Below are positions 57,495-64,000 of a DNA stretch of 64,000 nucleotides, piece by piece. Source of the DNA: Candidatus Pelagibacterales bacterium. Its GTDB lineage: Bacteria; Pseudomonadota; Alphaproteobacteria; Pelagibacterales; Pelagibacteraceae. The position numbers were made by a program, and so were the translations under genes. The DNA lies in assembly GCA_965235675.1 (NCBI GenBank), contig CBDDYZ010000003.1, positions 25,498 to 89,497 on the forward strand, given 5' to 3'. Below the pieces are notes generated by a model, which saw only the letters and a list, made by a program, of their open reading frames with translations, was not told the origin of the DNA and did no database searches. Positions within the stretch are counted from its first letter, which is position 1; each line of letters begins with the position of its first letter.

Positions 57495-57524
57495 TTGACA
57501 CTCATTCCATATACTACTTAAATT
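57495..57524 (+). promoter_or_regulatory. Candidate sigma70 promoter for the XRE gene
   Basis: Perfect TTGACA at 57495-57500 with an AT-rich -10 (TTAAAT/TAAATT) 17-18 bp downstream. Confidence 0.5.
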
Positions 57525-57612
57525 TATATAAAATAATAAATTTTTTTATTGCGCTATTTAGTAAAAATCTGTTCAATATAAATTTATAAAATAAATTTTA
57601 AGAGGGGTCTTA

Positions 57613-57985
57613 ATGGAAGATAATTTTAACAAACATCTGGGTAATAAATTAAAGCTTAGAAGGTTAGCTTTAGGTTTGACACAAACCAAGGTTGCAAAAG
57701 CAATCAACGTTACATTTCAACAAATTCAAAAATATGAAAAAGGAACTAATGGAGTTAGCTCTATAAGGTTACTTCAATTAGCAAATTATCTAAAAGTTCC
57801 TGTTAATTATTTTTTTGAAGATTTTTCAGAATATTTGATCAATCTTGAAAGATCTAATGAAAGCCACTATGAATGTAAATTATAATTTTTTAGTTAAGCT
57901 TTATTCAGAATTGAATAATGATCAAAAATTAAAGTTTAGTAAATCTTTACAGGCTTCTAACGCAGGTATTTCCAAAGTTGGATAA
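57613..57985 (+). CDS. XRE-family HTH transcriptional regulator (one +1 frameshift at ~57867)
   Basis: LGLTQTKVAKAINVTFQQIQKYEKGTN...YFF; shifted frame continues MNVNYNFLVKLYSELNNDQKLKF...KVG* to TAA 57983-85. Confidence 0.88.
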
Positions 57986-58037
57986 ATAAATAATACAAGA
58001 CCCTAAAACAGATCTATAAATAAAATTTTTATTGAAT

Positions 58038-58113
58038 TGGCTCCTCGGGCAGGACTCGAACCTGCGACCAATTGATTAACAGTCAACTGCTCTACCAACT
58101 GAGCTACCGAGGA
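58038..58113 (-). tRNA. tRNA-Asn(GTT)
   Basis: Reverse complement TCCTCGG...GTTGA-CTGTTAA-TCAAT...GGTTCGAGTCC...CCGAGGAGCCA. Confidence 0.97.
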
Positions 58114-58163
58114 ATATTAAAAACTCAACTTACTTTTTTTTCAAAGTAAAACAAGATTTTTTT

Positions 58164-58237
58164 TGGAGGCAACGCCCAGAATCGAACTGGGATACAAGGA
58201 TTTGCAATCCTCTGCGTAACCATTCCGCCACGTTGCC
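58164..58237 (-). tRNA. tRNA-Cys(GCA)
   Basis: Reverse complement GGCAACG...GAGGA-TTGCAAA-TCCTT...GTTCGATT...CGTTGCCTCCA, 74 nt. Confidence 0.97.
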
Positions 58238-58365
58238 ATCGTATCTATATTTTAAGCAAAACAGATCCTTTTATATATTAAATATATAAAATTAGTCTAC
58301 CAAATAAGCCTTCAAAAATGATTATTGTTAATTCATATTATTAAATTATAAACTTATAATCATCT

Positions 58366-60993
58366 ATGAGTAACGATAAATACATACATACTGACGTTGA
58401 AGACAAAATTTATTCTTATTGGGAAAAAAATAATTTATTTAAACCAGTAAAACATAAAAAACAATTCTCTGTTGTTATACCTCCACCAAATGTAACAGGC
58501 AGCCTTCACATGGGTCATGCTTTGAATAATTCTATTCAAGATCTTTTAGTTAGATATCACCGTATGAATAATTATGAAACTTTATGGCAGCCAGGAACAG
58601 ATCATGCTGGTATTGCCACTCAAGCTTTAGTTGAGAGAAAACTAACAGCTGAAAAGATTGATAAAAATGAAATTGGTAGAGAAAAATTTATTGAAAAAGT
58701 TTGGGAATGGAAAGAACAATATGGTGACATTATTATTAATCAATTAAAAAAACTTGGATGTTCTTGTGATTGGTCACGTAATGCCTTCACAATGGATGAA
58801 AATCTATCTAAATCGGTAATTAAGGTTTTTGTGGATCTTTATAATAAAGATTTAATTTACAAAGATAAGAAACTAGTGAACTGGGACACTGTTTTAAAAA
58901 CAGCAATTTCTGATCTTGAAGTTGATCAAAGAGAGGTAAATTCTAAAATTTATTACATTAGATACCCAATAGACGGAACTGATGAGTTTATAACAATAGC
59001 AACTACTAGACCTGAGACAATGTTGGGAGATACTGCGATTGCTGTAAATCCAAAAGATGAAAGATTTAAAGATTTTATTGGCAAAGTAGTAACGATACCA
59101 ATTGTTGGCAGAAAGATTAAGATTATAGAAGATGATTATGCAGATCCTGAACAGGGAACAGGAGCATTAAAGATTACTCCAGCTCATGATTTTAATGACT
59201 ATGATGTTGGACAAAGAAATAATCTTGAGATTATTAATATTTTTACAGAAGCTGGTAAAATTAATGAAAATGCTCCCAAAGAATATATTGGATTAGATAG
59301 ATTTGAGGCAAGAAAGAGAATTTTAAAAGAACTTAAAGAAAAAGAATTTTTTGTAAAAGAAGAAAATATTAAGAATAAAGTTCCATATGGGGATAGATCA
59401 AATTCAATAATAGAACCATTTTTAACCGAACAATGGTTTGTAGATGCAGAAAAATTATCTGTTAAAGCTAAAGAAGTTGTTAGCTCAAAAAAGACAAATT
59501 TCTTTCCTGAAAATTGGTCAAAGACTTATTTTCAATGGATGAACAATATTGAGCCATGGTGTATCTCAAGACAACTTTGGTGGGGTCACCAAATACCAGC
59601 TTGGTACAGTCCAGATAAAAAAATCTTTGTAGCTTACAATGAAGAAGAAGCAAAAAAATTAGCTTATAATCATTATGGTAAAGATGTTGAGTTAATAAGA
59701 GATGCAGATGTTTTGGATACTTGGTTTTCATCTGGTCTTTGGCCATTTGCAACTTTAGGCTGGCCTGAGGATAAAAATTATGTTGAAAAATTTTACCCAA
59801 CATCTGTTCTAGTTACAGGTTTTGATATTATCTTTTTTTGGGTTGCAAGAATGATTATGTTTGGCACAGAATTTTTAAATAAAGAACCTTTTAAAGATAT
59901 TTATGTTCATGCATTAGTAAGAGATGAGAAGGGACAAAAAATGTCAAAATCAAAAGGAAATGTAATTGATCCTTTAGATTTAATTGAAAAATATAGTGCT
60001 GATGCATTAAGATTTACTCTACTTTCAATGGCATCTCCAGGCACAGATGTAAAACTTTCTGAAGATAGGGTTAAAGGATATAGAAATTTCCTTAATAAAC
60101 TTTGGAATGCTAATAATTTTTTAATAACAAATAAATGTGATTTTACCAATATCGATAAAATTCCAAATTTATCAGTTAATATTAACAAATGGATTTATGC
60201 AGAACTAATTGAAGCAAAGTCAAAAATTGAGAAAAATTTAAAAGACTACAGATTTGATGAGGCAGCAAAAAATGCTTATCAATTTGCTTGGCACTCTTAT
60301 TGTGACTGGTATTTAGAATTATCAAAGACAATACTGTTTTCAGATAATGAAGGGGCAAAATCTGAAGTTAAAAAAGTTTCAAGTTATGTATTCAAGCAAA
60401 TTTTGATTTTATTGCATCCCTTTATTCCTTTTGTTACTGAAGAAATTTGGCTTAAAAATAAGTTTGATAATTCTAGTAAAAATTTTTTAATGCATGCTAA
60501 TTGGCCAACTGGAAAGATCAATAAAGACAATAATACTGAACAAGTTGAGAATATTATAAACATCATATCTGAAATTAGATCATTTAAAAATGAGCTAAAT
60601 GTAAGCCCTGGTTCATTTATAGATATGTCCATAAATAATATTAATGACGATCAAAAAGATTTTATTAATAATAATGAAATTATCCTTAAAAAATTAGGAA
60701 GAATAAATAATATTCTTAGTGATGATTTGGATAAACCAGCAGCAACTATGGTCGTTTCAGGCGATTTATTTAAAATTTATTTTGATAAAGATGTTGATTT
60801 AAAACTTATAAAAGAAAATTTAACTAGCAAACAAAATAGAATTCAAGACGAAATGAACAAGATATCTCAAAGATTAGAAAATAAAAGTTTTGTAGATAGA
60901 GCGCCAAAAGAGATTGTTGAACAGGAAAAAACTAATTATAATAATTTAAAGAATGATATTGATAAAATATCAGTAACAATTAAGGGTATATAA
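58366..60993 (+). CDS. valS: Valine-tRNA ligase
   Basis: [32 protein letters not shown] and KMSKS; C-terminal coiled coil. Confidence 0.98.
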   Translation: MSNDKYIHTDVEDKIYSYWEKNNLFKPVKHKKQFSVVIPPPNVTGSLHMGHALNNSIQDLLVRYHRMNNYETLWQPGTDHAGIATQALVERKLTAEKIDKNEIGREKFIEKVWEWKEQYGDIIINQLKKLGCSCDWSRNAFTMDENLSKSVIKVFVDLYNKDLIYKDKKLVNWDTVLKTAISDLEVDQREVNSKIYYIRYPIDGTDEFITIATTRPETMLGDTAIAVNPKDERFKDFIGKVVTIPIVGRKIKIIEDDYADPEQGTGALKITPAHDFNDYDVGQRNNLEIINIFTEAGKINENAPKEYIGLDRFEARKRILKELKEKEFFVKEENIKNKVPYGDRSNSIIEPFLTEQWFVDAEKLSVKAKEVVSSKKTNFFPENWSKTYFQWMNNIEPWCISRQLWWGHQIPAWYSPDKKIFVAYNEEEAKKLAYNHYGKDVELIRDADVLDTWFSSGLWPFATLGWPEDKNYVEKFYPTSVLVTGFDIIFFWVARMIMFGTEFLNKEPFKDIYVHALVRDEKGQKMSKSKGNVIDPLDLIEKYSADALRFTLLSMASPGTDVKLSEDRVKGYRNFLNKLWNANNFLITNKCDFTNIDKIPNLSVNINKWIYAELIEAKSKIEKNLKDYRFDEAAKNAYQFAWHSYCDWYLELSKTILFSDNEGAKSEVKKVSSYVFKQILILLHPFIPFVTEEIWLKNKFDNSSKNFLMHANWPTGKINKDNNTEQVENIINIISEIRSFKNELNVSPGSFIDMSINNINDDQKDFINNNEIILKKLGRINNILSDDLDKPAATMVVSGDLFKIYFDKDVDLKLIKENLTSKQNRIQDEMNKISQRLENKSFVDRAPKEIVEQEKTNYNNLKNDIDKISVTIKGI

Positions 60994-62711
60994 TGGCAAA
61001 ATTTAACAAAAAGAAACTTCCAAGTAGACATACATCTTTAGGTGCAGATAGGGCCCCTCATAGATCATTTTATTATGCAATGGGTGAAACTGAAAAAGAT
61101 GTAGCAAAACCATTTGTAGGAGTTGTCTCTACATGGAATGAAGCGGCGCCTTGTAATATTGCCCTAATGAGACAAGCTCAATCTGTTAAAAAAGGTGTTA
61201 GAGCTAATGGTGGTACACCTAGAGAATTTTGTACAATTACTGTTACTGATGGAATTGCAATGGGTCATGAAGGAATGAAATCTTCTTTAATTTCAAGAGA
61301 GGTAATAGCAGATTCTGCTGAACTTACTGTAAGAGGCCATTGTTATGATGCATTAGTTGGTATTGCTGGATGTGATAAATCTTTACCAGCATTGATGATG
61401 TCAATGGTTAGATTAAATGTACCAAGTGTGTTTATATATGGAGGCTCAATTCTTCCAGGAAGATATAAAGGAAAAGATGTAACAGTTGTTGATGTATTTG
61501 AGGCTGTTGGAAAACATTCATCTGGTCAAATGTCATCAGCAGAACTTAGAAAATTAGAATTAGTTGCATGTCCAAGTGCTGGAGCATGTGGAGGGCAATT
61601 TACTGCAAATACTATGGCATGTGTATCTGAAGCTATAGGACTTGCTTTACCATATTCTGCAGGAACTCCTGCTCCATATGAGGAAAGAGATAAGTATGCC
61701 AAAGCTAGTGGTAAAACTGTTATGAATCTTTTAAAGAAAAAAATTAAACCTAGAGATATTGTAACAAAAAAAGCTTTAGAAAATGCTGCAACCATAGTTG
61801 CTGCAACTGGTGGATCTACTAATGCTGCATTACATTTACCAGCAATTGCTAATGAAGCTGGAATTAAATTTGATTTAATGGATGTTGCTAAAATTTTTAA
61901 AAAAACTCCTTACCTTGCTGATTTAAAACCAGGAGGAAAATATGTTGCAAAAGATATGTGGTTAGCAGGTGGTGTTCCTATGTTGTTAAAGACACTGTAT
62001 GATGGAGGTTTTATTCATGGTGATTGTTTGACGGTTACTGGAAAAACTATGAAGGAAAATTTAAAAAATATTAAATTTAATCCTAAGCAAAAAGTTTTAA
62101 GAAAATATGATAATCCATTATCTCCAGATGGTGGTGTAGTTGGTTTAAAAGGAAATTTAGCACCAGATGGTGGTATTGTTAAAATTGCAGGACTTAAAAA
62201 ATTACAATTTACTGGTAAAGCTAGATGTTTTGATAATGAAGAAGATGCAATGTCAGCTGTTCAAAACAGAAAGTACAAAGAAGGGGATGTTATCATTATT
62301 CGTTATGAAGGTCCTGTTGGAGGCCCAGGTATGAGAGAGATGCTATCAACTACTGGTGCAATTTACGGTCAAGGCATGGGTGAGAAAGTTGCCCTTATAA
62401 CTGACGGAAGGTTCTCAGGAGCTACGAGAGGGTTTTGTGTTGGTCATGTAGGCCCTGAGGCGGCTCTAGGAGGCCCTTTAGCACTACTACGTAATGGAGA
62501 CATAATTGATATTGATGCTAAAAAAGGGTCAATTAATGTCAGACTATCTAAAAAAGAATTAGCTTCAAGAAAAAGAAAATGGAAACCAAGAAAATCAGAT
62601 TTTGGTTCTGGCACACTGTGGAAATATGCGCAAACAGTAGGACCAGCTTATTTAGGTGCTCCAACTCATCCTGGTAAGAAAAAAGAAGTTAAGGATTATT
62701 CAGAAATTTAA
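60993..62711 (+). CDS. ilvD: Dihydroxy-acid dehydratase
   Basis: [39 protein letters not shown] and TDGRFSG. Confidence 0.97.
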   Translation: MAKFNKKKLPSRHTSLGADRAPHRSFYYAMGETEKDVAKPFVGVVSTWNEAAPCNIALMRQAQSVKKGVRANGGTPREFCTITVTDGIAMGHEGMKSSLISREVIADSAELTVRGHCYDALVGIAGCDKSLPALMMSMVRLNVPSVFIYGGSILPGRYKGKDVTVVDVFEAVGKHSSGQMSSAELRKLELVACPSAGACGGQFTANTMACVSEAIGLALPYSAGTPAPYEERDKYAKASGKTVMNLLKKKIKPRDIVTKKALENAATIVAATGGSTNAALHLPAIANEAGIKFDLMDVAKIFKKTPYLADLKPGGKYVAKDMWLAGGVPMLLKTLYDGGFIHGDCLTVTGKTMKENLKNIKFNPKQKVLRKYDNPLSPDGGVVGLKGNLAPDGGIVKIAGLKKLQFTGKARCFDNEEDAMSAVQNRKYKEGDVIIIRYEGPVGGPGMREMLSTTGAIYGQGMGEKVALITDGRFSGATRGFCVGHVGPEAALGGPLALLRNGDIIDIDAKKGSINVRLSKKELASRKRKWKPRKSDFGSGTLWKYAQTVGPAYLGAPTHPGKKKEVKDYSEI

Positions 62712-63916
62712 TGAAAATTCGTCCAGTCATTTTATGTGGTGGTGCTGGAACTCGACTTTGGCCTAATTCAAAAAATCATCAAGCAAAACAATTTATTGAT
62801 TTTGGTAATTGGACTTTATTAGGCAAAACTTTAGAAAGAACTAAAGCGTCCATTTATGACTCACCAATTATAAGCACTAATAAAAAATATTTAAAACAAG
62901 TTAAACAACATCTTAAAAAAAATAAGATTAAGAAATTTAAAATTGTATTAGAACCAGCAAAAAGAAATACAGCTCCAGCTATTTTAAGCACAGCTCTAAT
63001 TAAAGATATTCCTGATGATCAACCGTTAATGTTTTTTACAGCCGATCATTTGATTGAAAAGATGAGTATTTTTAATAAAGCAATTAATAGAAATAAATCA
63101 AATTTAACTGATCAAAATATTTTTATATTTGGAATAAAACCAACATCTCCATCAAGTGAATATGGATATTTTGTAACTAAAAAAATTAAAGGAAATGTTA
63201 ATAAAGTAATTAAATTTATTGAAAAACCAAAAGAAGCTAAAGCTAAACAGGTTATAAAACAAAAAGGTTATTGGAATTCAGGAATGTTTTTCCTTAGAAA
63301 AGATTCAATAATAAATAACTTTAAAAAACACCAGCCAATTATTTATAAAAATTGTGTTAACTCTATTAAAAAAGCAAAACTTAAAAATAATACTTATTAT
63401 TTAAATAAAGCGTCATTTATTAAAGCAACTGCTAAATCTTTTGATTATGCAATCTTAGAAAAAACAAAAAAAATTAATGGTATTAAATTAGATATACCTT
63501 GGTCTGATCTTGGAAGTTGGAAAGAGATTTTAAAAATGTATGACAAAAACAAAAATAAATATGCTAAGAAAAAAAATGTTTATTACCGACCCTGGGGTAG
63601 GTATACTAATTTGTTTGAAGGAAAAGAATTCTTAATTAAAGAATTATTCGTTAAACCTAAAGGTATTTTAAGCCTTCAAAAACATCATCATAGAGCCGAA
63701 CATTGGTTAGTTACACAAGGAAATCCAAAAATAACTTTAAATAAAAATAAGTTTATAAAAAAGCCTAATGAACATGTATTTATTCCATTGCAGGCTATTC
63801 ATAGAATTCAAAACCCTGGAAAGAAACCAGTCAAAATTATGGAAGCACAAATAGGATCAATTCTTAAAGAAACAGATATTGTTAGATATCAAGATATATA
63901 CGGCCGTATTAAATAA
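62711..63916 (+). CDS. manC: Mannose-1-phosphate guanylyltransferase / PMI (ManC-type)
   Basis: ILCGGAGTRLWP, EPAKRNTAPA, FIEKP, WNSGMF, SFDYA and WSDLGSW; cupin RPWG and LSLQKHHHRAEHW. Confidence 0.92.
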   Translation: MKIRPVILCGGAGTRLWPNSKNHQAKQFIDFGNWTLLGKTLERTKASIYDSPIISTNKKYLKQVKQHLKKNKIKKFKIVLEPAKRNTAPAILSTALIKDIPDDQPLMFFTADHLIEKMSIFNKAINRNKSNLTDQNIFIFGIKPTSPSSEYGYFVTKKIKGNVNKVIKFIEKPKEAKAKQVIKQKGYWNSGMFFLRKDSIINNFKKHQPIIYKNCVNSIKKAKLKNNTYYLNKASFIKATAKSFDYAILEKTKKINGIKLDIPWSDLGSWKEILKMYDKNKNKYAKKKNVYYRPWGRYTNLFEGKEFLIKELFVKPKGILSLQKHHHRAEHWLVTQGNPKITLNKNKFIKKPNEHVFIPLQAIHRIQNPGKKPVKIMEAQIGSILKETDIVRYQDIYGRIK

Positions 63917-63980
63917 TACTTTCAGCTATTATGCTTCTAGCTGTGTTACCTGTACAAACGAATAAGATATTTTTCTTTAT
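63909..63980 (-). pseudogene. N-terminal remnant of an ArsC/LMW-PTP family gene
   Basis: Minus strand reads IKKNILFVCTGNTARSIIAESII*, with an intact CX5R P-loop; no ATG and an in-frame stop 4 codons upstream. Confidence 0.75.
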
Positions 63981-64000
63981 AAAATAATTTTATAAATTCC

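Noticed and set aside
53021-58037. Integrated element at tRNA-Arg or tRNA-Asn
   Set aside because: No integrase, no att-like duplication of a tRNA end, and the cargo is a typical core transporter.
58269-58291. Inverted repeat TTTTATATATT-A-AATATATAAAA between tRNA-Cys and valS
   Set aside because: Composed only of A/T in a very AT-rich spacer; likely to arise by chance.
1156-61795. Numerous short antisense ORFs in the ORF track (for example 8284-8541, 10091-10399, 34476-34757, 50783-51130, 59480-59803)
   Set aside because: All are shadows of well-supported genes on the opposite strand and show no family motifs.

Overview
An AT-rich, very compact alphaproteobacterial core-genome segment. Gene content, tiny or overlapping intergenic spaces and protein style strongly suggest Pelagibacterales (SAR11); this is inferred, not database-checked. 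Gene order: nuoG(partial)-nuoHIJKLMN-birA-coaX-rnj-DUF1467-proS-lolC/E-lolD-dnaE; rpsB leader-rpsB-tsf-frr-uppS-cdsA-dxr-bamA-skp-fabZ-lpxD-lpxA-lpxI-lpxB; (minus strand) gltX, lexA, trpC-trpD-trpG-trpE-ppiD-like; tpiA-secG-pyrG-kdsA-eno-ftsB-lipA-ratA; (minus strand) cinA-pgpA-ispDF; ntrY-ntrX-trkA-trkH; tRNA-Arg; aapJQMP amino-acid ABC transporter; XRE regulator; tRNA-Asn and tRNA-Cys; valS-ilvD-manC; and a 23-codon ArsC/LMW-PTP remnant at the right edge. I found no mobile element, CRISPR array or convincing novel multi-gene system. The strongest signal is a 7-kb block (21.3-28.3 kb) of mostly essential genes shattered by frameshifts, plus six isolated frameshifts elsewhere. Most of the frameshifts I could resolve are +1 insertions that read as two synonymous third-position alleles written side by side, which points to a consensus built from mixed strains rather than true pseudogenes. 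Other points of interest are LexA boxes, a structured rpsB leader, a TrkH with an aberrant selectivity filter, a GAFTGA-less NtrX, an internally shortened ManC, dyads upstream of aapJ and the XRE gene, and several clean gene losses from conserved alphaproteobacterial clusters.
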